Positions 1 to 12,860 of a stretch of DNA of 64,000 nucleotides are shown here, in pieces. Positions within the stretch are counted from its first letter, which is position 1. Every line of letters begins with the position of its first letter. The notes below the pieces were generated by a model, which saw only the letters and a list, made by a program, of their open reading frames with translations, was not told the origin of the DNA and did not search any database. Origin of the DNA: Haliotis rufescens (lineage: Eukaryota); assembly GCF_023055435.1 (NCBI RefSeq), contig NW_025964334.1, positions 25,668,001 to 25,732,000 of the forward strand. Direction: 5' to 3'. The translations under genes were made by a program, and so were the position numbers.

Positions 1-2596
1 TTGAATATTGAATAGGCCTAGGCCTAGATCTATGTGAGTTTATTTCAGTCTAAATTTGAATTCAACATTTAAAAGGAAGTAAGATAACAACATCAGTCAC
101 ATGTAATCACTCGGAATATGGTCTCTGATGTGATGAAATGGAATTTGACTATTTTACATTTTTTAACTGCATATGTTTCTTTGTGGGAGTTAGGCTACAT
201 TGAACATATCTATCGTTTGTAGCATTCATTATTAATTAGGCCTATCTCCCGGTGAAAATCGATAAAAAAAGCGATAGCGAATGCATCACTTAAGTATTTT
301 GATACTGTATATCTTCTTCAATGTTTATACATACATTATACCTACATACATAGTACACTCTATACGAAAGTTGAACTAGCTTCATGTCGTTCCCCACTTC
401 GGCCTTGGGTGACACCGAGCCTAGTGCGCAAAACCGGTCGCAAAACCGGTCCGAACTTCACAGGTAAGAGAATTCGGTGACATTTTTATTTCTGATCATC
501 ATAATTGTTTAATTATATGCCAGAAGACAACAACGATACACATCTGTCATAATGTAGTCGCATTCAATTCATAACGGTACTTATATACAATAATACTGAG
601 TTTGGGCACTTGTGACCCTCACGTATCGAGGGGACGCAAAATCGGAAATGAGTGCATAGCTACCCCTCCACTTGCACCTGTGAAATGTTAATTACAGGTG
701 ATATCAGGTCGATAGCAAATGGTTATTTCGAAACTGATTGATATGCTATGAGTGTAAATGTTTTTGTCTTCTTACCCCACTGAACAGTTCACATAACTCG
801 CGCCGCTGTTCGGCTGTCAATCCCCTGCTATCCGCCATCTTGTCGCTTTACCAAAGCACAGGGTGGGACTCCAATCGTCACGTGATTTTGACTAAAACCG
901 GAAAAGAGGCTCTCTATTGGTCAGTATCTGAAAATAGTTGAGTTCCAAATAAGGCAATATTTACTATACATTCACAACCTGGTTGTGAATCACGAAATCC
1001 AAGTGATACTAGCGTTTGTGTTATAAGCGAATTCTAAACGAATATTCTTAAAATTGATTATCCTTTCGACTCGGAAAGTAAATAAACGTGTGGACCAATA
1101 TCGTGTCTGAATCTTCTCTCGATCTTGGCTTAGAAACATAACATGATAGATCTATATTTAATCAAAGACGTATATATACATCTATATATTTATACATACA
1201 TCTTTGATTTAATGTATAATTTTGAGGATTTACAATTAAATAAGTATCATAACGTAAGGTTATAAAATCATCCAGCATATTCAGGTTCTCTTAAATCTAC
1301 AACCTCTGGAAAATATAATTTAAACAAGGAAATATATTTGTTATCAAGAAAACGATAACTAAAGGTAAAATAAACGCGGATGTCATCAAATACTTTATAT
1401 GCTGTTTTCACAAACCTTGATCGAAAAATACATCCACGTATATGAAAAATATTCACAATATCAATTCCCGTAACGATAACTTCATGTAAATCACACGTGT
1501 GGCCCAGCTGCGAGAGCGCTCCGGTCTGCCTCGCTAGCCTACTGAACTGTTTTGACTAAACTATGACCCAACTCACAGCAAGTCACGTGTTAGCGCTTAA
1601 GTATTTCCTGAAACCAAAGAATGCCCAAAATATGACTCGCTTGGACTGAATTTCAGCTGACTGGCTTCTCGACTCTTTCCCAACATAGAAATGCGTTGCA
1701 TTGGCACCTAACTATATTTATTAAATTTAAATTTTAGAAAAAAATAAGGAGAAAACATTATACACCTATATACGCCTGTTTGAATAATTAAAACAACATC
1801 ATATATATAATCAACATGTTTGTTATTCATAGTTATTCTCAGGGAGAATATTTTAAGTAATTCAAAAAATTAAAAAATCACACAATTCATTCTCACATAT
1901 AAAAATCAAAACAGCGACCCGTGCAAAATGCAATACAACACAACTCACCTGGACAGAGTGTATTTATGCGCCGATCACCTGCATACACCTGTAATTAACA
2001 ACTATTCCAACAGTATATTCCCAGGTGACATGAAATAGGTGTGATGTAATGCATTTATGAGCGGGGGTGATAAGATTATGTAACACGCGGAAGGCGATTA
2101 TCCCCTAAAGCGCTCACTGGGTTGGGGGGATTAGTAAGTGGTATTCTCAATGGAAACCGGTTATGTTACTGTGTTTTAGAAGGAAAGTCATTTATTGCTA
2201 CTAAATGTGCTGTAATGAGCAGTTCTTATAACGATAGGCATTGCTTGAATACCTCGTTATATTTCTATTATTTTCCAATATTTACAAATGCGCTTTGTTT
2301 GAATTAAACATATCCTCACGATGCCGTGTTGATGTTTGATATCAACAGGGCGTATATAGTTGTATAACGGTATATATACTACTAGTTATCATTAGGAAAT
2401 GTTCATTTCTTAGTCGGAATCGCCACTAGATTATGTTAATGTGTTGGATTATTTGACAGGGGATCGACAATCTAATTCATGTAGCCTGACAAAAATATTG
2501 TTCTCCAGCTTATGAAAGATACATTTCCAAATGATATACACCAAATAGAATACGTTCCATGGTCGCAAACAAGCAATACTATCCCTATCCCCCACG

Positions 2597-2731
2597 NNNN
2601 NNNNNNNNNNNNNNNNNNNNNNNNNNNNNNNNNNNNNNNNNNNNNNNNNNNNNNNNNNNNNNNNNNNNNNNNNNNNNNNNNNNNNNNNNNNNNNNNNNNN
2701 NNNNNNNNNNNNNNNNNNNNNNNNNNNNNNN
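2597..2731. other. assembly gap
   Basis: N run. Confidence 1.
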
Positions 2732-2951
2732 GTATGAATTAGTTGGTTAATCGGTGATGAATTCCACCACATACGTTTACGCATATGCATTATATATATA
2801 GTAGACCACGTGTGTTTGTATTTGTTTGTGGAGGCAGGGGGTAGTAATCAGCCATATACAAAGATATATTCTGTATGTGATCAGAAGTTAAACGCATCAC
2901 GGTCGTGTATACGTGACCCACTCCTGCCATTCCGGGACAAGCCCTCTTGTA

Positions 2952-3047
2952 AGAGAGAGAGAGAGAGAAAGAGAGAGGGAGAGAGAGAGAGAGAGGGGGG
3001 GGGGGGGGGGGGGAGAGAGAGAGAGAAAGGGAGAGAGAGAGAGAGAG
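2952..3047 (+). repeat. (GA)n / poly-G microsatellite
   Basis: Directly visible. Confidence 0.95.
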
Positions 3048-3644
3048 GATAATTGTGATCGATGGTACACGTATATTGTCGTAATGAAGCCCATTATTTT
3101 TTCACCCCAAAGTTAAACTATGATACTATGATTGCTATCTACAGATGGAGACTCACTTTGTTACGAAAATCAGCTGTTTATTTTTAAAAAAAGTATTTAA
3201 ATTTTGAATAAGATTTCATACGGGATCTTTGGGGCACCCGGTGATGGAGTCCAGATGTTTTCGACTTGCTTCGTGAAAGGGCACGGTATAGTCACGCCGG
3301 AAAAAGCTACGGAACACATTCAACTGATTACAGCTAAATCCAAGAAGTGACTCATTCTCGAGATCGTGGCACTTCTAAAGACCGCTGCATGATTTTATGT
3401 ATCGTGTTACGGAATGTGGCGAGGGTTGCCGAATGGGTAGGTCTTGGCTGACCATCTCTAATGTACACACGGCCGAGTGGCCGCGAGGGAGTGATCAAGT
3501 ACCGTAGCCACTTAATCTGTGGACGCACTGACTGACAGCTGACCAGCGCGTTTTTCATGAACGCGTAATAAAGAAGAGAAAGAAATATTAGTTAAAGTGA
3601 TTTTTTCCTCAGTCAGATCCATGATGTAAATACCCCACTGAAGG

Positions 3645-4535
3645 CCCCCAGTCAGTTCAAGGATCTGGAAGCCTCGGAAGTTCAAGGATCTAGACCCTCT
3701 TGACAGTTCAAGGATCTAGTGGCCCCAGTCAGTTCAAGGATCTAGACACTCTTGACAGTTCAAGGATCTAGTGACCCCAGTCAGTTCCAGGATCTAGACA
3801 CTCGTGACAGTTCAAGGATCTAGTGACCCCAGTCACTTCCATGATCTAGACACCCATGACAGTTCAAGGATCTAGTGGCCCCAGTCAGTTCAAGGATCTA
3901 GACACTCGTGCCAGTTCAAGGATCTAAGGACCCCAGTCAGTTCCAGGATGTAGACACTCGTGACAGTTCAAGGATCTAGTGGCCCCAGTCAGTTCAGGGA
4001 TCTAGACACTTTTGCCAGTTCAAGGATCTAGGGATCCCAATCAGTTCAAGGATCTAGACACACGCGACAGTTCAAGGATCTAGTGGCCCCAGTCAGTTCA
4101 AGGATCTAGACACTTGTGCCAGTTCAAGGATCTAGTGACCCCAGTAAGTTCAAGGATCTAGACACTCGTGACAGTTCAAGGATCTAGAGACCCCAGTCAG
4201 TTGAATGATCTAGACACTCGTGACAGTTGAAGGATCTAGTGACCCCAGTCAGTTCCAGGATCTAGACACTCGTGACAGTTGAAGGATCTAGTGACCCCAG
4301 TCAGTTCAAGGATCTAGACACTCGTGACTTTTCAAGGATCTAGTGACCCCAGTCAGTTCAAGGATCTAGACACACGTGACAGTTCAAGGATCTAGGGACC
4401 CCAGTCAGTTCAAGGATCTAGACACTCGTGACAGTTCAAGGATCTAGGGACCCCAGTCAGTTGAAGGATCTAGACACTCGTGACAGTTCAAGGATCTAGT
4501 GACCCAAGTCAGTTCCCGGATGTAGAAACCCCATG
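3645..4535 (+). repeat. 52-bp tandem repeat (dimer of ~26 bp, core CAGTTCAAGGATCTAG), ~17 units
   Basis: Period 52 measured at 3723, 3775 and 3827. Confidence 0.95.
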
Positions 4536-4716
4536 GCAGCCTGTTCAAAGGGTGACCGGAAGAAAAGTTACAGAAAATAAGTTACAGATTTGGGTATGGA
4601 AATAATTTACAGGAAAAACAGTTACAGACTCAAATTAATATATGGCTTTTATGACATTTTATTGGATAAACAATGTTTTATATACGTAGCATGATTCACA
4701 GTATTTAATTCAAAGT

Positions 4717-5305
4717 CTAATGTGGCTTGTGGAGTCTGATATACCATCCAACTCCTTGCCACAATTGTGTGCTACAGAATTTCATTCTTCAGCGATGTCC
4801 AGACAGACTACCTCTTCACCTTCTTGACAGGATGGGGGCACGGGTGGCCCAGTCGTCTAAGGCGCCGCGATTCGCTGTGCAGAGTTGCGTCCCTTGGGTA
4901 CGCCAGAAACCTATGATTGTGGGTTCGAATCCCGCTTCGCCCCGATTATGTTTCTAGGTTTGTCAGCACCATACCCGTGCTCGTGGGTTTCACCGAAGTG
5001 GTAAACGTCTGAGACCTGCATCACTTCGGGCTTTCCTCCCACCTGAAGCTGACACGCCGTGATATAACTGTAATACTGTTAAAAGCGGCGTAAAACCCAA
5101 CTCACACTTGACAGGAGGACTGCCGATGGCGTCTTGTGTTTGGACAAAATCATGAGGACATTTTCTTCCTGAAACAATCCGATGGTTCTGCACACGGTGG
5201 GATGGTGGTGGCAAAACACAAATGTTATTCCACCCTTCACAAAAGTTGTCAGTTTGCGGATCACTGGCAAGGGTGCATCGTGGACATTCCATAGACCACA
5301 TTGTC
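4717..5305 (-). pseudogene. Mutator/MULE transposase C-terminal fragment interrupted by a SINE
   Basis: Fragments DPQTDNFCEGWNN (cf. RTNNxxEGWNN), HHHPTV, QDAIGSPPVKKVKR (read across the SINE) and GVGWYIRL. Confidence 0.7.
4833..5106 (+). mobile_element. SINE family D (tRNA-Leu-like head)
   Basis: A-box TGGCCCAGTCG, B-box GGTTCGAATCC, TSD cttgacagga (4823-4832 and 5107-5116). Confidence 0.9.
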
Positions 5306-5347
5306 CCTAAAGTCACATAAAGTCACATGAAGTCATATATACCCTGA

Positions 5348-5989
5348 CCAATGACGACTCCGGGGTAGAACAGGTCTTCAGCAACCAATGCTTGCCGTAA
5401 AAGGTGACTATGCTTGTCGTAAAAGGCGACTAATGGGATCGGGTGGTCAGGCTCGCTGACTTGGTTGATGCATGTCATCGATCCCAATTGCGTGGGTCGA
5501 TGCTCATGATATTAATCACTGGATTGTCTGGTCCAGACTCGATTAGACCGCCTCCGTGGTCTTGTGGTAGAGCGTCCGCCCGGAGAGCGGAAGGTCCAGG
5601 GTTCGATCCCGGGGCCGCGTCATACAAAAAGACGTTAAAAGATTGTACTTGTTGTTACCCTGTCTGGCGCTCGGCATTAAGGGGCTAAAACAAGGACTGG
5701 TCGGCTCGGAGTCAGTATACTGTGTCTGAGTGGGGTATTCATGTTAAACTGCGGCATGGTATCTCAGTGAGCTAGCACTATAAATCGGCATCAGTCCGGA
5801 CTAGTACAAGCAGCCACACACACACATACACGTGCATGCACGTCGCTATATAAGTGCAATAATCTTGGACGCGACGTTAAACCCCATTTCACCTCACCTC
5901 ACCTCACCAGACTCGATTATCTATAGACCGCCGTCATATAGCTGCAATATTGCTGAGTGCGGCGTTAAACAACAAACCAACCAACCAAC
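5348..5989 (+). mobile_element. SINE family A with a nested family C copy
   Basis: Family A body and (CAAC)n tail. TSD catatataccctga (5334-5347 and 5990-6003). Confidence 0.9.
5546..5906 (+). mobile_element. SINE family C (tRNA head, (CACCT)n tail)
   Basis: B-box GGTTCGATCCC. TSD ccagactcgatta (5533-5545 and 5907-5919). Confidence 0.92.
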
Positions 5990-6257
5990 CATATATACCC
6001 TGATTTGAGAATAACATACTTATATTAATTGGGTGATTGGCTTCTCTCGTTATCCCCAGTGACCACATTGTCGCATCACATGTTCCCACATTAACCTTAA
6101 GATTAATTACAAATTGAAAGAATACTCTCTCTCAACAAAATATAAACAAACACCTGTGCATTCAAAAGGCCATTCAAAATGTGTGATGATGTTACAGAAA
6201 TTATTATTTTGTTTAACTTGATTTCCTTTCACCTTTCTTCTTTCAATAATTGTACAA

Positions 6258-6640
6258 GGGTCTAGAGGCCTTTGGTCAGCCCCGGGATCTAGAATCCCCA
6301 GTAGGTTTAAGAATCTAGAGGCCTTTGACCAGCTCAAGGATCTAGAAACCAAAGTAGGTTCAAATATCTAGAGGCCTTTGGTCAGCTCAAGGCTCTAGAA
6401 ACCCCATTAGGTTTAAGGATCTAGAGGCCTTTGGTCAGCCCAGGGATCTAGAAACCCAAGTAGGTTCAAAGATCTAGAGGCCTTTGACAAGCTCTAGGAT
6501 CTAGAAACTCCCAGTAGATTCAAGGATCTAAAGGCCTTTTGCCAGCTCAAGGATCTAGAAACCCCAGTCAGTTCAATAATCTATAAACCCCAGTCCATTA
6601 AAGTGTCTACAAACCTCAGTACATTCAAGGATCTGGAAAC
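6258..6640 (+). repeat. ~53-bp tandem repeat, TCAAGGATCTAGA core
   Basis: Directly visible. Confidence 0.9.
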
Positions 6641-6759
6641 AAGTAACTTCCGACAGTTTAATTCACTTTACAGACTCGAGACAGATCAATGATCTGTATA
6701 GTTCGCCTAGCCTAAAGATGTACCGATCCCAGACAGATTAATGATCTCGATAATTAGAT

Positions 6760-8200
6760 GCTTCAGCCATTCCATGGATCTACAGACCCCAGGCAGGTCA
6801 AGGATCTAAATGCTTAAGCCAGTCCATGGATCCATAGACCATCGACAGTTCAAACATCTAAATGCTTCAGGCAGTCCATGGATCTACACACCCCAGGCAG
6901 GTCAAGCATCTAAATGCTTCAGCCAGTCGATGGTTCTACAGACCCCAGGCAGGTCATGGATCTAAATGCTTCAGGCATTCCATGGATCTACAGACCCCAG
7001 GCAGGTCATGGATCTACATGCTTCAGCCAGTCCATGGATCTACAGACCCCAGACAGACCAAGGATCTAAATGCTTCAGCCAGTCGATGGATCTACAGACC
7101 CCAGGCAGGTCAAGGATCTAATCGCTTCAGCCATTCCATGGATCTTCAGAATCCAGACAGACCAAGGATCTAAAAGCTTCAGCCATTCATGGATCTACAG
7201 ACCCCAGGCAGGTCACGGATCTAAAAGCTTCAGCCATTCCATGGATCTACAGACCCCAGGCAGGTCATGGATCTACATGCTTCAGCCATTCCATGGATCT
7301 TCAGAATCCAGACAGACCAAGGATCTAAATTCTTAAGCCAGTCCATGGATCTACAGACCCTAGACAGTTCAAGCGTCTAAATGCTTTAGCCAGTCCACGG
7401 ACCTACAGATCCCAGACAGTTCAAGCATCTAAATGCTTCAGCCATTCCATGGATCTACAGACCCCAGGCAGGTCAAGGATCTAAAAGCTTCAGCCATTCA
7501 TGGATCTACAGACCCCAGGCAGGTCAAGGATCTACATGCTTCAGCCAGTCGATGGATCTACAGACCCCAGGCAGGTCAAGGATCTAATCGCTTCAGCCAT
7601 TCCATGGATCTTCAGAATCAAGACAGACCAAGGATCTAAATTCTTAAGCCAGTCGATGGATCCATAGAGATCGACAGTTCAAGGATTTAACTGCTTCAGC
7701 CATTCCATGAATCTACAGACCCCAGACAGGTCAAATATCTAAATGCTTCAGCCACTTCATGGATCTACAGACCCCAGGCAAGTCAAGGATTTAACTGCTT
7801 CAGCCATTCCATGGATCTACAGACCCCAGGCAGACCAAGGATCAACATGCTTTAGCCATTCCATGGATCTACAGACCCCAGACAGGTCAAAGATCTTAAT
7901 GCTTCAGCCACTCCATGGATCTACAGACCCCAGGCAAGTCAAGGATCTACATGCTTCAGTCATTCCATGGATCTTCAGACCCCAGGTAGGTCAAGGATCT
8001 AAATGCTTCAGCCACTCCATGGATCTACACACCCCAGGCAGGTCAAGGATCTAGATGCTTCTGTCATTCCATGGATCTACAGACCCCAGGCAGGTCAAGG
8101 ATCTAATACTTAAGCCCCTCCACTGATCTGCAGAACCCAGACAGGTCAAGGATCTACATGCTTCAGTCAGTCCATGGATTCACAGACCCCAGGCAGGTCA
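6760..8200 (+). repeat. ~52-bp tandem repeat (GGATCTA dimer), ~27 units
   Basis: Directly visible. Confidence 0.95.
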
Positions 8201-8540
8201 AGTACCGAGATGTTTCGATCCGTACGTGTTGTGGGTCACGTGGGGTTATTCAGGGTGTGTTGCGTCAACACAGGGACACACCTAGCTATAGAAACATGCG
8301 CACATACTGATACACGCACCTACTCCTACAGCATAGAGACCAACAAAGCACCGCACGCATGAATAGATAACTGTATAGACATGAATACAAAAAGACACAA
8401 AAAACAACAACTACACCCGTATACATAAACTCTTAGGACTTTAGATGCACGACATACAATACATATGTGCACCAACACCAAAGAACAGGTACATTTGGTT
8501 TTGATGTAAAACATCCTGCACAGATTTCCTGTAATATACC

Positions 8541-8716
8541 TGAGTGAGTGAGTGATTGAGTATGGTTTTACGCCGCTTTTCGCAATATTCCAGCAATATC
8601 ACGGCGGGGGACACCAGAAATGGGCTTCACACATTGTACCCATGTCGGGAATCGAACCCGGGTCTTCGGCGTGACGAGCGAACGCTTTAACTACTAGGCT
8701 ACCCGACCGCCCCCCC
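8541..8716 (-). mobile_element. SINE family B (tRNA-Asp-like head, (CTCA)n tail)
   Basis: Reverse complement of the 9675-9841 copy. Confidence 0.9.
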
Positions 8717-9674
8717 GTAAATAGGGAGAATCTAAGGTCATGGATATGCTCAACGAAATATGACATGTTCTTCTTTAGTATGATGGTTACATTTAAAACA
8801 CCCTCTGTCTTCATCATTTAAGTTGACATATCTGCCTGTTTCGATTCTTAAATATATAAATAAATAAAGGCAGAACGGTATCCGGGGTATATAGCTCTTG
8901 ACATAGTTTTCACAGGAATACAATTCTTTAAAAAAATCTTCAAAAACCCTGCATGTATGTTTACTTGTACCTCTATTGACATTGTTTTACTTTGATATTA
9001 AAAAAAACTTTTCCGTAAGGACATCTTGCATTTTGCTAGAAATAGCTTTCCTATTTACACCAGTGGGGCTCATGTTAAATATATGCTGCATTTTTAAGTC
9101 GGCCAAAATTCCCCAAATTCTTATGATTAGCGGCAAGCCTTTCCGCCCGTGTAAAGACATGTCTTTTTAATCGATCAGGCATATTTCTAAAACGACACCA
9201 CTGTCTAGCTGTACATATCCATCCATGTCACTTGTCACACGGTGTCGTCTGCAACTTTCCTCATGACATGCCTTTGTGATTGATTGAATCATTTAAGCCG
9301 TTGATTGTTTTAGTATCTATGCGCTGCAATGATTGGGTTCATGATTGATGGGTTCTTTGCCACACAGTCAGCTGGTTCGTCATAGTCCGGTAATTTAACA
9401 CTTTGATAAAAGTCACGGTTTACGTAAGCTTATGGATTTGTGTGACCACTAGTTTTCCTCAAAGGTATGGCCTTGTCTTTACGAGTACACTCTCAATCAC
9501 CAGGATACGTAGCCAGAGACGGATCCAGGATCCAGGAATTTGAAAATGGGATGCACTTAATACCCAAGGATGACTCGGCCGAGCACGTAGTTAATATGTA
9601 AGGTGTCTGAAAAAAGGAGGGATGAGACAGTTGTTCTTCAAGTGGAAAGATGTGGAAATTTGACGGTGCCATGC

Positions 9675-9841
9675 AGGGGCGGTCGGGTAGTCTAGTGGTT
9701 AAAGCATTCGCTCGTCATACCGAATCCCCGGGTTCGATTCCCGACATGGGTACAATGTGTGAAGCCCATTTCTTGTGTCCCCCGCCGTGATTTTGCTGGG
9801 ATATTGCTAAAAGCGGCGTAAAACCACACTCACTCACTCAC
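9675..9841 (+). mobile_element. SINE family B
   Basis: TAGTCTAGTGG and GGTTCGATTCC boxes. TSD ttgacggtgcca (9660-9671 and 9842-9853). Confidence 0.9.
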
Positions 9842-9914
9842 TTGACGGTGCCAAATGTGGTGAATACATTCTTGTAAACGGGTTCAATGTCCTGGTGGAA
9901 CAACACACCTGTAG

Positions 9915-10138
9915 TGTTTGTTTGTTGTTTAACACCGCTCTCATATGATGGTGGTCTGTAACAAATCGAGTCTGGACCAGACAATCCAGTGATTGACATC
10001 ACGAGCATCGATCAAAGCAATTGGGATACGGTGACATGCATCGACCAAGTCAGATAGCCTGATCACCCGATCCCGTTAGTCGCCTCCTATGACAAGCATG
10101 GGTTGCTGAAGACCTATTCTAACCCGAATGTTCACGTG
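9915..10138 (-). mobile_element. SINE family A
   Basis: Similar to the other family A copies. Confidence 0.85.
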
Positions 10139-10636
10139 AGTTTTCCATGACGTTTTGCCTATCATAATGTTGACCATTAATTGTCTGACCTTTCGGGAGA
10201 TATACCACTCGTAGGATTCCTTTGGAATCCTAGGAAACTGAAGCAAGCTGATGGAACATATTTGGCCTTCTTTTTTTATCGGAGACGTGAGATGTTTCCA
10301 CCGCTAACTGTTGTTGGCTCTGTCAAGCGTCTGATAGTGGTGAGACGCATCCATGGTTACAAGACGTTTCGCAACATCATATGGGTCTGCTTCAAAACGA
10401 CTTCAGTTATCACGGGAGATGATGGACCTTGGACGTCTCTGATCAGGTGCCAGAAGCCTTGGAACCCAGCGTCCTGCAACCTTTGTCATGCCCAGTTCTC
10501 CCTAATGTTCTCAACTCTCTTTTGAGAGATGGCTACTGTATTGGCTATGTGACGTGTGGTGGGTGAGTCGTGGGTCAAACATAATCATATCAATATTTTC
10601 TCATGGGCCGACAGTTCAAGGTCTTCTTAATCTAGA

Positions 10637-10919
10637 GAGGGCATTGGTGGCCCAGTCGTCTAAGGCGCCGCGATTCTCTGTGCAGAGTTATGTCCCTTGG
10701 GCACGCCAGAAACCTATGATTGTGGGTTCGAATCCCAGTTCGCCCCGATTATGTTTCTAGGTTTGTCAGAACCATACCCGTGCTCGTGGGTTTCACTGGA
10801 GTGATAAACGTCTAAGACCTGTATCACTTCGGGGTTTCATCACACATTAAGCTGACACGCCGTGATATAACTGGAATACTGTTAAAAGCGGCGTTAAACC
10901 CAACTCACTCACTCATTCA
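10637..10919 (+). mobile_element. SINE family D
   Basis: Near-identical to the 4833 copy. TSD cttcttaatct / cttcttgatct. Confidence 0.9.
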
Positions 10920-11345
10920 CTTCTTGATCTTGGATCATCTTCGAGTTCCTCTACCTCTCTCGAACTTCTCTGCCCGCCTTAAGGAGCACCATCTTCCCCT
11001 TAAGGCGACACAATGTCCGCTGTTGCAGTCAGTCCTCAGGGGTGGAGATGATTGATGACAGCGCAGAAGATAATTGTGCCCATTTTCATCAACAGAAAAT
11101 ACCTTCTCATAAAATACCCAAGTTTGACATTCTTTGCCATAGGAAGGAAGTTGTATCCGATCCGAAACTACTTTTCTCTATGTTCAAATAGGTTACCATC
11201 GTTGTATATTCATGGATTGTACAATTGATAGTTGAAGCAATATGTTCTGTAATTTACTTCTCTAAATGGATACGAAGCCCTTAGCACACTGAATAGAGTT
11301 GTTCGGTTGAGCATATCCAGTCGGTATCTGTGACCATGCAGTAGG

Positions 11346-11614
11346 TTGGTTGGTTGGTTTGTTGTTTAACGCCGCACTCAGCAATATTCCAGCTATATGA
11401 CGTCGGTCTGTAAATAATCGAGTCTGGACCAGACAATCCAGTGATTGATATCATGAGCATCGATCCTCGCAATGTGGGATCGATGACATGCATCAACCAA
11501 GTCAGCGAGCCTGACCACCCGATCCCGTTAGTCGCCTTTTACGACAAGCATAGTCGCGTTTTACGGCAAGCATTGGTTGCTGAAGATCTATTCTACCCCG
11601 GATCTTCACGAGTC
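11346..11614 (-). mobile_element. SINE family A
   Basis: Full length. TSD ccatgcagtagg / ccatgcattagg. Confidence 0.9.
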
Positions 11615-11810
11615 CCATGCATTAGGAAGATATCGGGACTGCCAGATCATGAAAACATTCCCTGACATCAACTTGTCCGTCCTGTTGGAAGTTATATTGA
11701 ATCTGGCCCAGTTGATATCAAAAGTAGTTGTAGCGGGGATAGAGAATAACTCGCATTGATAACCTGGAATACTTCCGACTGCGGCCTCATGCAACACACA
11801 ACGGGAAATA

Positions 11811-11980
11811 ATGAGCGTGTGAATGAATATGGGTTTACGCCGCTTTTAACAATATTCCAGCAATGGTGTTCTGGGGACACTAGAAAAGGGCGTCATCCAT
11901 TTTACCCATGTTTGGAATTGAACCCGGGTATAAGACGCGACGAGCCAACGCTTTAACCACTAGACTAACCCACCACCCCA
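11811..11980 (-). mobile_element. SINE family B, diverged
   Basis: Similarity to family B. Confidence 0.75.
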
Positions 11981-12523
11981 CAAGAAAATAACCCATCGTG
12001 GCATCGTGTACACTTGCAATCATCATCCATGGTGAAACGTGTACGACATTACGACGTTAAAACGCTTCAGTGGTTTATGCGTTAGGCTAAATGATAGCTA
12101 TGTGTAATCTTGCTTTTTGTCTAACACTCACAAGCTTTTTCTCGTAGGTTATCAATCTCACTAACACTTTTAGAATGAATCTGCTTACCGGTGGCAGTGT
12201 CTATGGGCTAATCTTTTTATAAATGATTGATTACATAGAGGCACCATGATTAATTGATTCGTCATGTGCTTTTGCAGTTTTGGATGCCATTTTTACACAT
12301 TTGGGATGACCGGGAAGAACGGGTAATCGGTATCTGATGCTTGTCGTGAGAAGTTACTGAAAGGATCGGGTGGTCAGGTTGTGAGTGATGTCATCGTGAC
12401 CCGAAGGCATGGACTGATGCTCATGGTTTCAGTCACTGGGCCAGGTTCAGACTCTATGACGCAAGGACGCCGTGCTATGGGCTGACTGTGACGTAAAACG
12501 ACATATTATTATTAATATATTTA

Positions 12524-12690
12524 GTGAGTGAGTGAGTTTGTTGTTACGCCGCTTTTAGCAATATTGCAGCAATATCACGGCGCGGGACAACGAAAAATGG
12601 GTTTCACACATTGTACCCATGTCGTGAATCGAACTCGGGTGTTCGGCGTGACGAGCGAACACTTAAACCACAAGGCTACCCCACTTCCCA
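12524..12690 (-). mobile_element. SINE family B
   Basis: Similarity to family B, with flanking atatttag repeat. Confidence 0.85.
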
Positions 12691-12860
12691 ATATTTAGAG
12701 CTAACGTCATGTTTCAATCATATGTTGTTGAGCTGTGGCGAAAAAACTACTCATCAACATGCATGACGTTTAAGAAATTACAGGAAAGACGAGGATGTCG
12801 CAAGACCCGTTTTTCAATCGGTACCCAACTCTTTCAACAATATTCACTACCTCTAAACGT

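Larger units (their letters stand above)
9600..11089 (-). pseudogene. fossil mariner transposase interrupted by three SINEs
   Basis: Minus-strand fragments LEDDPRSRR, ELGMTKVAGRWVPRLLAPDQ (WVPRLL at 10451-10468), RLVTMD, YLPKGQTING and GVLFHQD (9889-9909), with many stops and frameshifts. Confidence 0.85.

Noticed and set aside
3645-8200. CRISPR-like repeat/spacer pattern
   Set aside because: The spacers are themselves repeated, there are no cas genes, and the context is eukaryotic.
9675-9750. tRNA genes (Asp-like and Leu-like)
   Set aside because: They are SINE heads continuous with bodies, tails and TSDs, with no proper cloverleaf.
11281-11665. Recurrent short ORFs such as LRGSMLMISITGLSGPDSII
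   Set aside because: Translations of SINE family A copies.
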